A stretch of DNA of 64,000 nt from Zootoca vivipara (GCF_963506605.1 NC_083294.1:35960001-36024000); one strand, 5' to 3'; positions 35,042 to 48,905 are shown, counted from the stretch's first letter. Program-made: numbers and translations. The notes: generated by a model from the sequence alone, not told the origin.

Positions 35042-36042
35042 TACATGGATTACATGGAGCCTTGGACTAATCCAAGAAATCTCTCTTAGCATATCTACAT
35101 GTGTGTAAGGAATAAGCCAGTGAGTGTGTACTTCTTTAATGTGTTTGAGACATACTTCTACTAAGCTAGGAGATGTGATAGCATCTCAGCTTGTGGTTGG
35201 GCTGGAAGCCTTCTGCTTCTCTCCAGATAACTGTTCTGCTGCAGCTTCACACAATCTGAGGTTAGTAGTGATACTTAGTTATTATATGATTGCACATTGA
35301 ACAGATCCGTCCCTTCCTTTACCTTTGCATAGCTAGCATCAATTAATAATATTTTACAGATTACCCCAGAATGGCATTAAAAATTGATGTAAAGACAGAA
35401 AGTCTACTTGTACTCATTAAATTCCATATTCCCATCCCTGCAGGACAATAATGGTAAGTTTTATGATGGCCCTTTATGAGAGTCATGGAAGAGTGGTGGT
35501 TTACGGGCCACTTTGCAGCCATAGCAACTGCACTCTTGATGGCTAATCTGGACCATGTGTTCAGTCCCTTTAAAATGCAGCCAGGCTTGCAGAAAAAGGA
35601 TTCCAAGAATTCTTCTCTACTCATTTATTGAAACTGACTTCTAGGAAACACTCTCAAGACCTTGACACATACCAGAGTGGTTCAGCTAAAGTGTAAGGGC
35701 TGCGAAAAGGGGATCTAATGACAACAATTAAGAGGGGGGTCATTCTAGCAGAGACAAAAAAATAAATTAACGAGTTTTACCTGCAGTTCTATGCAGGAAG
35801 CAATGCATCCCCTCTTAGCATGAGATGTTTTCCTTTAAGGGTTTCCCCAGCAATATGAGAGACATGGTCCACACCTTATTCTGACAAGGAAGGGAGAAGA
35901 TTGGGTGAAGATCAATGCGTCAATACAGATATATCAGAAGGTCATGGGGAAATTATATTTCCCAGTCACTCTGGTTCCTAACTCTCAGCCACAGCATGTT
36001 CCATCTCCCTTCTTGATTGACTCGAAGCAGCAGAACTAGTAA

Positions 36043-36267
36043 GGGCTTGCCCACACTGCTCTTGCCCCATACAGTACTTAGAAAGCATGGGTCCAAGCAG
36101 TTTTCCATTTGCTCCACTGCTTTCCCTAGGAAAATCAGCTCTTTCCTGCTGAATTGGAGCAAATGGTTATCTGTGGAAAACCCGATTAGTGTTTTCTCAT
36201 ATTCAGTGGTACAAAGTGGTTTTTCCCAGGGGAAAGCAGCAGGACTAAAGGACGTGTAGATGAGCCC
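36043..36267. mobile_element. PIF/Harbinger-like MITE
   Basis: TIRs GGGCTTGCCCACAC / GTGTAGATGAGCCC. TAA TSD at 36040-36042 and 36268-36270. Confidence 0.75.
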
Positions 36268-36533
36268 TAAGCGGTGGTAATGCCACCACATATTATCCCC
36301 ACCTCCATAATTTGACTCTGCACAAGTTATCTAAAAGCAACCATGATGAAGCCATTCATTTTTTCTGGGAGATGAAATTTCAGTGCTGTAGGGCCACCAC
36401 TGAAAAGACCAACTCCTGGTAACAATCAATCTGACTTCTTTTCTTGACCTGGAGGCTGCAAAAGTAGGATTGATAATGTATTGGCAAACTATGCATACTT
36501 TTTTTTACCCATCCTTCACCACAAGATGATACA

Positions 36534-36537
<4 letters not shown>

Positions 36538-36589
<52 letters not shown>
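36538..36589. repeat. (TA)n microsatellite
   Basis: Directly visible. Confidence 0.98.
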
Positions 36590-36590
<1 letters not shown>

Positions 36591-39485
36591 CCCAGATAAA
36601 ATCATTGCAATTATGAAACGCATTCTATCCAAAATAGAACTGAGCACACCTTTTAGTATGTGGGAGCCTCTCCCTTTCACGCCCTACATTGCTCCTTGAC
36701 TTGCCACATCTCTTGCAGATTGTGGAAAATTTGAAAGACACGCCATTCAATATTTTTTCCTCTTGGCACAAAATTTAGCTTACATTTTGCTTAGATTAAA
36801 AAACCACAGGATACAAAAGGTTATGAATGTCTCTTCCAGAGGTTAGCATTAAGGTGATGGCATGGGTTACAGGTTACTTGCAATCTGGCCCAGAATGGCA
36901 CACAAAAAGTAGTTGAATATTATTTGCACATTATTTTCCTACCTGTGTAGGAATGTGTGTGATTTGCATCTGATGGGGGGTCCTGCCATTAAAACCCAGG
37001 GCATGTGAATAACTAGAGAAGAAATCAATCCATTGAATGAGTGAATGGGCAGAAGCAATATGCTGTGTTATTAAAACACTTTGTCACTGCAGTCCCTGCA
37101 TAATAAAATAAGGGCTTTTGCACTTGTAAAAATATGAGTGGACAGAGATCTCACACTTCGATGTTTTATTAATATCCATAAAATATATGGCTTCTAAGAT
37201 ATTCTAAACCCAACATTTCCAACAAATAACACGCCCATTGTGAATTAAGAAAAGAATAAATGTCACTCTTACAATATGCTTGCAGCATAATAGTCTTTTG
37301 GAATCTTAACCAGCTAGCAACTATCTGAGCTTGAATCATCTCCTCCAACACCTGAGCTTGAAACCACAGATACTCAAACCCAAATTAATGTGATCCTGAA
37401 TAAATCTCATGATTACAGCTGGCTTTGTGTGGCTGGATGTTTGACTGGTTGCCTCACTTCTGTTTCCATTGCACATCCTCTGCCCTTTTGTTTCATTCTG
37501 CCACTTCTGATAATTTTTAATAAATGGGAATTGAAACAGGATTAGAATTGGGGGGAGGGATCTGGACTTAATTTTCCTTTCATCTGATCAAATTCAAGGT
37601 CTCAGGCTCCCCAGCTATATTTAAGTTTAAAATTTGGGGGGAGGGGGACACAACTTGTCTTCTGCATCATCTACAGCTTGTCCCATTGAGACGAGCCCAA
37701 ACGAAGCATAGCAAATCACTCCTGATCTTCTTAATTCAAATGGAATTGGAAGATCACTTGTACAATTCAATGTTTGCTTCATAACTGAAAGTAAACTTTG
37801 TGATGCTGTCATCTGTATTCTGAATGAAAGGTAGACTCTGAATCAAAGAAGAAAGATCAGCCTGCAGTGCTCGAGACAAAGGAGCCACTTAAAACAAGCA
37901 CGTTTACAGGGGTAGATTCGTAGAGGACATTCACATACTTCCTCAAGGTTGCTTATGCATATGATTAGCCAGGGCGACAGAACATAGGAACAACAATCAA
38001 TTGTATTGCTCGTGAATAAAAATTACTAAACAATCAGAAACGGGTTTCCTCCTTCAGTTGGTAGATATGTTTTAAATGTAACTTATTAAATAGAACTATC
38101 TGAATCGGAATAGTATCATTTTTCTGAATAGCAAGAAAATGTTCTGAAGTGGCTTTGGACTTTTGCAGGACCCTGCTAAATTCAAGGTTGAAAAAACAAA
38201 CAAAGATGGGGAGAGGGTGAAGGCATGGTTATAGTCCCCATCTTCAGTAGTCAAAATAGTCTCATTAATCACTCCATCTCACGCTCCATTACTCTCCAGC
38301 GTTCAAGGCCACCATGATGTGAGATAAGGGAGATGAAATTCAGTCATGGGATGAAGTTATTTATGGCTCAGTTCAGACATAGGAGGAAACCCAGGTTCCC
38401 CTCTGTGTGAATGAGTTGTGACAGACCTTTATTTTTCTTTTGTGTCTATAAAGAGATCGAAAGCTTCCTCTTTTGACATCTAACCATAGTTCATTGTCAT
38501 GCTCAGATACGGGAAACATGGTTTAAACTATGGTTAATGTGAGGGGAAAGTTTCAAAAATTTGTCCTGCAATTCTTGAAACTTTTTTTCCACAGTGAAAG
38601 ATCAATTTTTTTCAGCCTCATTCTCAGGGTACTTTAGTCTTTTATTACAATTCTTTGCCATTTCAGTTGGTACCATGTTAATTTGTGAGGTGACATAGGG
38701 TGGTATATATATATATTTCAAAAGCACTCTCCAGCCTCCCTGGCTGCCCAGGCTTCCTGATTCGAAAAGGCCCTATAAGAGCAGTGACCTCACAATGTCT
38801 CCCCTGGACTTTAACTGAAGCACAGTTTGCTAGGGAGGCTGGCATTGTTCTTAAGTGAAATGCTTACTTTTGCCTGTAAAAAGTAATATAAAATATTTCT
38901 ACCCTCATTTATTTAGAAGTAAAAATATATCACTCTAAAAAACAACAACACAGAGCTATGAATAACAGTCAGGTACATGGTGGACAACTTGTCTGCCTTC
39001 CTGCATGTACAGTAAAAGACATAATGGGGTTCTCAGGAAGTATGAGCACCTAGGGAGGCTGCAGGGTGCAGACCATTGGGGAGATGATTTGAAGACTGAG
39101 AGGGGATTCACAAACACATCTTGGCTATTCCAAATTTAAGGTAAGTGGAACAAAACCTCACAGCCTACCCTTGAGAATCACAATGATTCCCCCTCTTTTG
39201 TCATTTTTGAGTGTCATTTGTTTTTTCGTTAACTGCTGGAAAATATAATATTTGGATGCATGAATTTATTAGCAGATCACTAGTTTTAATAAACCACCGC
39301 CCTCTGTGTTTTCATGTTACTGTGAACTGTGAATAGCTGAAAACTGACAGTGAAGCTTTCCATCTGTTTCTCATGGGCGGATTAGTGACCCCCCACCAAA
39401 AAGCAGTGTGTGCTAGTTAATAAGCGTGCAGGATGAGATGCCACTGAGATGATATATACAAAATATTAGATGCTAATGTTTACAA

Positions 39486-39898
39486 GAGAGCTAGACCATA
39501 AAGAAGGCTGATCGCCGAAGAATTGATGCTTTTGAATTATGGTGCTGGAGGAGACTCTTGAGAGTCCCATGGACTGCAAGAAGATCAAACCTATCCATTC
39601 TTAAGGAAATCAGCCCTGAGAGCTCCCTGGAAGGACAGATCGTGAAGCTGAGGCTCCAATACTTTGGCCACCTCATGAGAAGAGAAGAATCCTTGGAAAA
39701 GACCCTGATGTTGGGAAAGATTGAGGGCACTAGGAGAAGGGGACAACAGAGGACAAGATGGTTGGACAGTGTTCTCGAAGCTACGAACATGAGTTTGACC
39801 AAACTGCGGGAGGCAGTGGAAGACAGGAGTGCCTGGCGTGCTATGGTCCATGGGGTCACGAAGAGTCGGACACGACTAAACGACTAAACAACAACAAC
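39486..39898 (+). mobile_element. Bov-B (RTE) LINE, 5'-truncated
   Basis: ORF 39558..39887 is the Bov-B RT C-terminus, followed by a (CAA)n tail. 11-bp TSD AATGTTTACAA (39475-39485, 39899-39909). Confidence 0.95.
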
Positions 39899-41526
39899 AA
39901 TGTTTACAAAGGGTCAAAGAAATATTTTTGCTTGTGTTCAGTAACTCCTTGGGCCATGATAGGAACAACATCATGGTAGGAACATCAGCATAGGAACAAA
40001 GCCAGTCTGTTCCTGATTTTAATTAAGGCACCTAAAAAGTTATCAAAGGCGAGTGGGACTTCAGTACTTTTATTTTCATATTCTAAAATCTCAAGAAAAC
40101 TCTGCATAAATCAGCTCTGGACTAGCTTAAATGAAGATCTGTTCTGCCCCTTGTCAGACAACAAATTTCACCATGCTGGTGGTATCCCTTCGTTTTCTTC
40201 TTCTTATGAGCAGTCCGGGGGTGGCTCTGCCTGTCAATTCCCGCCCCCCAGTCTCCGTGCAAAATTCAGCAGACAGGATAATGGGGACAGAACTAGAATT
40301 AGTTGACTCTCCCTGATATTGTCACCTGCTCTACCTACTGTTTGAGTTCCCTGCATTCTGCCCAACCAGTGCCAAGGGGCACCAGCCACTACTGTCCAGT
40401 GGGCAGGGAAAACAATGTGATTAGCAGCTGCTATTATTGCCTCCTTGGCCTCTACAAACCTATCCTTTTGCATATCAAGTGGCTGGGCAGAATGCACCCC
40501 CTTGCCACTTCCCAGAGCATATCTGCTCTACCCATCTCCACTGACACTCCGGCATCTCCTGCCCAGCAATGATGGCCAGTAGCTACCCACCTTGTGGTCA
40601 TACAGAGCCCGCCTTCTGCCTAGGCAACAAGCAACTAGTATTTGGAAGGCAGATTGAGGAAGGGAAGTCGACCAACACAAAGTTTGCCATGGCTCGTTCT
40701 CACAATGGGAGCTAAACTAAGCCAATAGAAAGGAATAGTTTTAGCTGTTATGGGGTAACTCTGGGGAGAAAAATGTTAATGCTAAGAAAATATGGGGGGG
40801 GGGGAATACTACAGTAGATTTACTAAGGGTGGCTACCAGTTGCTGAAATCTAGAAGTTAAATCACCAAAGGTAGCGCTGAAGTCTCTGTTCTGATTTGAC
40901 CTGTGGGAGAAAAGAGTCGCTATAAATTTTTGTCAGATGAGTCTCTTTATTGCCTCTTTTCCAACCTGAAATGCAATAAATCAGTACTCTGTTTCTGAAA
41001 GCCAGTCTTACAGATCACAGACATGCAATCAGCAGAAAAATGTTTTCAGTGCCAAAGTCCTTCTCCTCCTAACAGGTAGGGAGGATTTCAGCAAACATGC
41101 AGGACCTCTGGGGAATGTCCATTGGCAGCTGGGAAAGAACTGGAAACCAGGTTTATAAATCCAATGGTGGAAAATATATCTTTAATTCACAGGGCTGCCA
41201 TGTTCACCATGGGGAATGGTGAAGCTCCAAAAAGGACAGAAACTGATACAGATAATGTGAAGGTTTCTAGAAAAACCCCAAAGATGTATTAACTCAACAC
41301 CACGAGGTCCCCAGGGATAATAAGAGCAGACTCATTCCCTGGGGATCTTTTAATGTGGTGCTGAAAAATGCACCATCCACAAACATATCTCAGTAGGCTT
41401 GGGGAAACTCTAAAATTCCCAGAAGTACTGTACATTAATATTTAGAAGAATAAAAAACCTTTGGGGAAAATCCCCATAGAACCTAAGGAAGACACATCAA
41501 GTTGAGTGAGCACAGAATGGTGATTG

Positions 41527-41529
<3 letters not shown>

Positions 41530-41566
<37 letters not shown>
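41530..41566. repeat. (GT)n microsatellite
   Basis: Directly visible. Confidence 0.98.
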
Positions 41567-41567
<1 letters not shown>

Positions 41568-41654
41568 GAAAAATGGGGAGCTGGTTGATTTGAGCGTTTT
41601 GAAAAGGGCATGGCTGCTTGGTCTCCATTATGAGTGTAAGGGCCGCACAGTGCC

Positions 41655-41955
41655 ACTTCTGGATACAGTATTTTTTTTTTGGGGGGGGGGGGTCTGATCA
41701 AGGCAGAATAGAGTGGTACTTTTACTTTCCTTGATCTGGAAGCTATACTTCTGTTGATGTAGTCTAGAATTGCAATGGCCTTTTTTTGCTGCTGCATCAC
41801 ACGTGTTGACTCATGTTAAGTTTGTGTCCTTTTCACATGTACTTGTGCAAGACAGGCGCTCCTCGTTCTATATTTTTGTGCATCTGATTATTCCTGCCTA
41901 AGTGTATAACCTTTTATTTGTCCCTACTGAAATTCATTTCATTAGTTTTAGTCCA
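41655..41955 (-). mobile_element. CR1 LINE ORF2 (RT) fragment
   Basis: KKAIAILDYINRSIASRSRKVKVPLYSALIRP matches the CR1 motif KKANAILGCINRSIxSRSREVIxPLYSALVRP. Confidence 0.8.
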
Positions 41956-42544
41956 GACTGAGGATTAATTTGTCCCCACTCAAGTGTGGGAACGGCGGTG
42001 TCTCAGAAACCTTGATTAGCCAACTAACTAGACTGCATTCCCTCCCCACCCCCACCCCAAAATGTTCTAGACTACTTTAGAGGTTTATATAAAATATGTG
42101 TTCTAATTCAAAGTAGGTTGCCTCTTCAAAGTATGTTCGCACTGATATCCAGAGACAAAACACTAGTTTTTCACCATCAACTGCAAATTATTATTAGACT
42201 TAATTTAAATGATGGGTTGAAATGACCTTTGACGACTTATGGACATTATGATCAAGGTCACTGCAAACCACCTTTAATATAGTCTTCAATCATCAGTATC
42301 TGAAGGGGAAAATCAGTACATTCCTGGCATTCGTGGTGGGTACTATGAATGACCCGAAAATATGCTTTTAGCAAAGAAGCTTGTAACAGGGGACTGAAGG
42401 CACTATACAATGGCAAGAATCTCTAACTGAGAGTATTCATTTCTATTACTGGAGGCTAGCTTATGCATTCAGCACCATCAAGTGGCATAGCTCTTTCCGC
42501 ACTATTCCACTGTGCAATGTGGGTGGGCTACATATTTTAATATT

Positions 42545-43110
42545 GTTCCACAACTAGTCACAGACAGCATGGTACAGCTGAGGTGGTGCTGCTTACTGGG
42601 AAGGAGAGGAAAATGGGGAGTCAATTGGTAGGTTGTCACATTACAAACACACCAGCGGAACCAATCCGGTGCTCCTGCCAATGCATTTGCACCAGGATGG
42701 CTACCCCATTATTAGCAAAAATCACTTAAATAATGCAGACTCTGAGTTCAGAGAGAAATTAAATCATGATGCTCTTCTGATGAAAACTACAAAAACCGAG
42801 AGGCAATGCATTGCTACTTCAGGCCTTGTACATAGCAAGGATACATTCAACCAAACATACAGAAGGAAACTCCCTCAGAACTACGCAGCTACTCAGATCA
42901 TGTGGTACCCCCACAAATATAGTTGCTAAGCTACACCTCCAGTTATCACTTTCTTGGCAAGCTGAGTTTAGCATTAACAGATTTAACCCTTAAGCTGCCC
43001 ACTGAATGATCACCACTGTTGCATTTACAATGCCTATTGACTCACCCTCTCCTTCCCAGTAAGCAGCAGTGATTCAGCTGCCAGGATGTCAGGTGATCAT
43101 TGCCACCACA
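42545..43110. repeat. Long-spaced inverted repeat, possibly an ancient DNA transposon
   Basis: Perfect 23-bp inverted repeat TGCTGCTTACTGGGAAGGAGAGG (42587-42609) / CCTCTCCTTCCCAGTAAGCAGCA (43046-43068), with weaker flanking complementarity. Confidence 0.7.
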
Positions 43111-44937
43111 ACAAACATTATTCTATTGTCCACAACCATTCCCTGCACTTAGAAGGGGCAGGGGGCAGACCAGGAAGAAGGCTATGATGGATGCTTCATT
43201 CTGACATGCTATTTTTCTGCATGTATGAAGCAAGTTTCCACACAATGGAGTATTCAAATACACAGCTCCCACTCACAACCAACATGAAGTGGAAGAGTCC
43301 ATGAATAGATTTACACTTTGATTCTGCTTATAAAATATATGAGATTACTGAGACAGGACCAGTACAAGTCATTGGTGCTAAGGTAGTAATGAATGCAGCC
43401 TTTGGGATGACCTCACCAATGTTCAGGATATCTGGGGCAAGTTCACATGGCATATGGTTGAGGACAGAATTGGCAAAGCTGGCTAGCACAGGTTGTCTTG
43501 CCTTCACTCCAGTGTTAGCTGGCCCTGCAGCAATGCCAAGCTTTCCATCTGGGCAATAACCTTACGGTGACATCTGCCTCCTCCAGGGGATCATGCAACA
43601 TAGTAAAAGATACAGAGAAGATAACATGTGGATATTCTGATTACTTGTTACTTGTAGTTCTTGGTCATGCTGGCTGCTTTAGAAAGTCAACCTATTATTT
43701 GTGTCATGAGCCTAAGCCTGAGCAGAAATGGACAAATCTGTCGTTTTCACTTTCTCACTGTTCCATGTTTCCAATCTTAAATTCATTTCTCTATGCTTCT
43801 ACATCAACTTGCATGTTATTGGTGGTGTTGTTGTTGTTTTTAAAAAGTCAGTATGTTAACATGTATTCCGCCTAATAAACAGATTTTTGCATGCAGATCT
43901 GACATTTTTTTCAATAAATAAATAAATCCCTAAAATAAAATGCCTTTTTGCATGTTTCTTATATGCACACTTCCTTCCAATAAATGCATTTTCATACCCA
44001 TTATTTTACTGGACAACTTCATCTCAAAAAAATACAGAAGTGTGAATTTTTAAGGATCGCTGTGCTTCATTTCATTTACTGGTTTTAGAAGGGAAAAGCA
44101 GGTGATTTTCCCCCATTGAAATGCAAACAGAATCAATTTTTTTCCCTGTCCAGAGTTGGAGCTTAACCTCAGTTCAGATAGATCCCAAGCTGGCTGTAAA
44201 TTTATAAGTAGTGGCCAATGTTAGCAGTAACTAAAATCCTTCATTTTGAAGCACTGTCTATTCCCCCACTCCTCCTCTCCACCCCCTTGCAGCCTTTCTC
44301 TCCTTTGGAAATGTGAAATCCAAAACAATTAAGTGGGACTAATTTACCATTGCCATGCACCAGCCAGGATACTTCTGATGTGTAGGCTACACAACTGAGA
44401 TGGAAGAGCTGGCAAGGAAATGCAATTTCCTTGCAAATGTGGCTTTTGGTACAGCATGAAGAAAGGTTTGCATAGAAGCGAAGATTGGGGAAGAGGAAGC
44501 GTGCCTACGAGCCATTCTTTTGCATGTTTGCATGGAGATTGGTAAAACGCATAGATGAAGGGCTGCATTGAAACTCTCAACAGTCAAACCCTTCATATTT
44601 TTTACTTGAAATAGACTGCTACCTGGATATGTTTATTTAACGACATCGTGTCATGTTGAGAAAGTTGCGCAAGGAAATATGAAATAACTTTCTAGATGTC
44701 TTGTGCTGGCCTACCCAATATCTTGTTGAATGCCATGAGATATCTAACAGCATCATTCTATGATCTGCCATGTTTGCAGCTAGAGCATCTACCATTAGGC
44801 TTATGAGCCTCCATCCCAGTCCTAAGCTTCAAATGGAATTCACTGTCTCAGTGTGCGGACCTGAGCACAGCCCAAGCAGCAGTCACCATTTACCAATGTG
44901 ATACTGTTGCATCATAAAGACCTACCAGTATTTAAAT

Positions 44938-45262
44938 GAGGGGTGGGGAACCTCAGGCCCAGAGACCAAATGCAGCCACCCAGCATCTCTCTATTTGACC
45001 CTCAGGACTCTCCTTGAACTGTGGCAATGCTCTTGCTTGCTTGTAAGGAGAATGGGGGAAAGTGTGATGCATGTGGTTGTATAATTGTAGAAACCCCTGC
45101 CTTCTGTGTGGCTGGAAAATAATCTGATGTGCAAAGCTAAGAGTCACATCCATTGTTCCATCTGCTTTTGCATTTGGCCTTGTCCAACATTCGTATGTGG
45201 CCCCTGCAAAGTTGCCCAGTAATGAATGTTGCCCTTGGACTCGAAAGGTTTTCCCACCCCAC
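44938..45262. mobile_element. hAT-Charlie-like MITE, degraded
   Basis: Termini GGGGTGGGGAACCT / AGGTTTTCCCACCCC, with GGCCC subterminal motifs. Confidence 0.6.
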
Positions 45263-46045
45263 CCATATGTGACAAAATGGATAAATTAAAAGGCATAAGA
45301 AAATCAGTAATTTAATGAAACGTTGCATTTCTTACATACACTAAAAACAACTTGGTGAGGGGGATCACCTTGAGATTTTCCACCAAAATGTTTGTGAGAG
45401 TAATCCATCTGTTAGATGGGACTAACACTAACCAACCTCAGGGGCTCTTGCAAGAATAAACAGCAATGTGATATATTTCGCAAATTTAAAATGGTGTACC
45501 TAAACTAATAACAACATTAGCAATCTGTTGGCACTAAATAAATGTGAAATAGCCAGAAATCAGGAAGTAGCTTGCCAATTAGGCTGCAGATTTTGTTTCC
45601 ACAATAAACCCTGACTCCAGACGCCTGAGTGTCAGGAGGACACCAGTTAAGACTCTAACAGGGGAGACAGAAACAGACGGTCCTATCGATCTTCATGACT
45701 CCTTATACACATGACTGCATTTCTCCCTTTCCTAAGTATAACATACAAGGTGACTAAATAATGAGTGCCATTACCCCTGAGGGATATAAATTCCCTAAAG
45801 CCAACCGCTCAGAACACCATTCGCCAATCTCCCTAGCAGATGTAAAATCTGGGAGCTGTGGCAGAGCATTGCAGAAAAGAGATGTAAGCCAAAACGAATT
45901 GCAGGCAGATGGATTACAGCAGAGAAAATATTGCTGCGCCCGAGCCCCAAATGCAGATATGTCTTTAAATGGGCTCATTTTTCTCCCCAGAACTCCATGT
46001 AGAGTTCATTGTGTAAGATCTAAAAGATAATTTCCAGAGAGAAAA

Positions 46046-46055
46046 AGAGAGAGAG

Positions 46056-46097
<42 letters not shown>
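46046..46097. repeat. (GA)n purine tract
   Basis: Directly visible. Confidence 0.95.
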
Positions 46098-46996
46098 GAA
46101 AGGAGAAAGGGAGATTTACAACAGTTGAAATCTTTAATGCTGCCGTGTTAACCCATTTCTCAGGACTGGATCACATCATTGTGTTGTTCTACATAGGAAT
46201 TTTCCTTTTCCAGTCCATAGATGGAGGTGAAATTCAATTCAGCACCCATTTAAGGGTGAACTTGCCTGATTTACACTTTCCAAAACAGTATATGAACTGA
46301 AATACAGACAGACATTAAAATTCAACCTTCTCTGAATTTTTCAGTGCATTTCTCCAGCCAATAATTTTTTTTTACACATGCTAGCATAAAGTGTGCATAT
46401 AAATGCACATGTTTGTGAAAGTAACATACAAAAAACATTTTACTAGGGGAAATTGCTTTGCAAAAAATGCGTATGTCAGTCAAGACTAGATACAAAAATG
46501 TGCTAGGAAAAATCCACATTAAAATGCTGATTATTTTCATGTTGTCATTCTTTTAAATAAATTGCTGCAGAAATGTGGGGAAGTGAATTTATGGATGAAA
46601 AAAAAAACCTCACAGATTTGTCAGTCCTTACTAGTAATTTTCCCTCTTTCATTTTCAATTTCCCTTTTGTTGAAAATGATGGAGGAGGGGAGGTACACAA
46701 ATTGCAGGATTGCCAGTTAATTCCTTGTTCTCCTGACACTCTCCCATAATTCCTTCTCTGTGCCATTTTAGACATCAGAACCAGTGTTGGAGATTAATTG
46801 GCTGCTGATCTTTCTGCAGTCTCACAGAGACCCATTCTGATGCTCCAAAACTTGTGCATCAGAATACAACTCCCAGTTGGATTGCACATTTGGTGAGAAA
46901 AAAAGTGCACATAAAAATGAGTATTTTACATAAAAATGCATTGGAAATTGACATGATTACTAGATGCATTGAAAAACCATGTGTGTGTTGTTGCAT

Positions 46997-47560
46997 ACAT
47001 AACTTCTTCTGTTCTTTTGGCAAGTCTTGACCTGTTATTTATGTATGCAACAACAGCGGCTAGGATTCTAGTAGATAACAAGACACCAACTAAAGAAGAA
47101 TGGCAAGAAAAACTGATGAAAAACACCAAACTGGCAGAGCTAACCAGAAAACAAGGACAAGGACAAGAGAGACTTTTAAAAAGACTGGGTACCGTTTATG
47201 TTATACTTACAGAAAAACTATAAAGAAATGGACTCGCTAGCAGGGTTTGACTAAGCACTTACAATTAACAACACAGAAAATGAGAGGTAAAAACTGGGAA
47301 ATAATAAAGTGTAAGAGGCAATATGAAAAGTATGGTATAAAAATGTTAAGAATACAATAATATTTAAATTATAGACTGCACTACTAAGGTAAAGGAAAAC
47401 AACGCAGGGGGAAGCAAAGATTTAAGAACCAGAAAAGGAAGTTGAGGGAAGTCCCAGGGGGTGTTGGAGGATGATACTGTATTTTGTTTTTGAAAGAAAA
47501 TTAATTGTGATTGATATAATTGTAAAATTTAATTTAATTTTTTAAAAAGAAAAAGAAAAG
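46997..47560 (+). mobile_element. L1-clade LINE 3' end (ORF2 C-terminus, 3' UTR, A-rich tail)
   Basis: LFMYATTAARIL...PTKEEWQEKLM...LAELT is typical of the squamate L1 ORF2 end. A-rich tail. ~20-bp TSD CCATGTGTGTGTT(G)TTGCAT at 46977-46996 and 47561-47579. Confidence 0.8.
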
Positions 47561-47698
47561 CCATGTGTGTGTTTTGCATTAGATTGTTTTACTTTAAAAT
47601 GTTAAATAAGTGTGCACAAAATGCATGCAATAGGAGACAAGAGAATGAAGTACTGTAGAATGTAACTGGAATGGATGCGATGCAATGGCTTGTAACAG

Positions 47699-48113
47699 CA
47701 TAGGAGCCAACTACTAGGGAGGAGGAGTTTGGAGGAGTTTGGATTTGATATCCTGCTTTATCACTACCCTAAGGAGTCTCAAAGCGGTTAACAATCTCCT
47801 TTTCCCTTCCTCCCCCCACAACAAACACTCTGTGAGGTGAGTGAGGCTGAGAGACTTCAGAGAAGCGTGACTAACCCAAGGTCACCCAACAGCTGCATGT
47901 GGAGGAGCACGGAATCGAACCCGATTCACCAGATTACAAGTCCACCACTCTTAACCACTACACCACTCTGGCTTTCCAATAATTTTTTTGAGAGGGGCTC
48001 CCCAGTTGATGGGCATTGGCATTCAAATGTTGTGTGTGCACCACATCATGTGATTGATTACGGAGAGTAGGGCCTACCTGTCCCCCAATATTTTATTCAA
48101 TTTGACACCCCTC
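47699..48113. mobile_element. hAT-type MITE interrupted by a SINE
   Basis: Termini CATAGGAGCCAACT / ATTTGACACCCCTC. 8-bp TSD TGTAACAG (47691-47698) / TATAACAG (48114-48121). Confidence 0.72.
47720..47977 (-). mobile_element. Full-length Squam3-like CORE SINE
   Basis: The minus strand has head GGAAAGCCAGAGTGGTGTAGTGGTTAAGAG, B-box GGTTCGATTCC, CORE GGTGACCTTGGGTTAGTCAC and tail ATCAAATCCAAACTCCTCC. Confidence 0.85.
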
Positions 48114-48207
48114 TATAACAGGATGGAGCAGAAATGGCCTAGGCCAACAAAATCAGAAGAGGAAGGATTTAGCAACTCTGACCGTTCCTAGATCCTTCCT
48201 AGCCCCT

Positions 48208-48380
48208 GGGTAAAAAGGTAAAGGACCACTGGGTGGTTAAGTCCAGTCAAAGGTGACTATGGGCTGCTCATCTCGCTTTCAGGCCAAAGGAGCCGGGATT
48301 TGTCCACAGACAGCTTTCTGGGTCATGTGGCCAGCAGAACTAAACCACTTCTGGCGCAACGAACCACCATGACAGAACCA
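48208..48380 (-). mobile_element. Sauria SINE 3' half (different or older subfamily)
   Basis: GGTAAAAAGGTAAAGGACC...GGTTAAGTCCAGTC...GCTCATCTCG...GGTCATGTGGCCAGCA aligns to 34686-34830. Confidence 0.8.
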
Positions 48381-48854
48381 AGGATTATCGGATTGCAGCA
48401 TACTCATTTGTTTACAATGTAAGTAATTGCTCTCCTAACTGTGGTTAGGGCAAGTCCAGAAATCTTTCCTGTGGTAATAAAATAAGATTTCAAACGCTCT
48501 CCATAAATTTATAACTTTTTTTGTAAGAGACATGATATGCATCCATCTTTATTTTTTACAAACTGTTTATCTTAAGAGCACAATAAAATTCAGACCACTG
48601 CTTACTATAAATGATGCAGAGCAATGCATGAGGTTGATGGGTGAAACGGCTTCAAAAGGATAACTAGTTACTGCTCCAGCTCTTTTCTAGTTGGCAATCT
48701 TTTTTTATCCCAAAAAAAACAGTCTTTAAAGGCAACTTTGATTTTGTTTTAGCTTTTTCTGAAGATTGCTATGTATGCTGGCATATCCCCCTCCCCATAA
48801 AAGCATATAAATATTGTAATATGTAATTTGCACAGAAAGGAACATTTCTCCGGG

Positions 48855-48857
<3 letters not shown>

Positions 48858-48902
<45 letters not shown>
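48858..48902. repeat. (TA)n microsatellite
   Basis: Directly visible. Confidence 0.98.
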
Positions 48903-48905
<3 letters not shown>

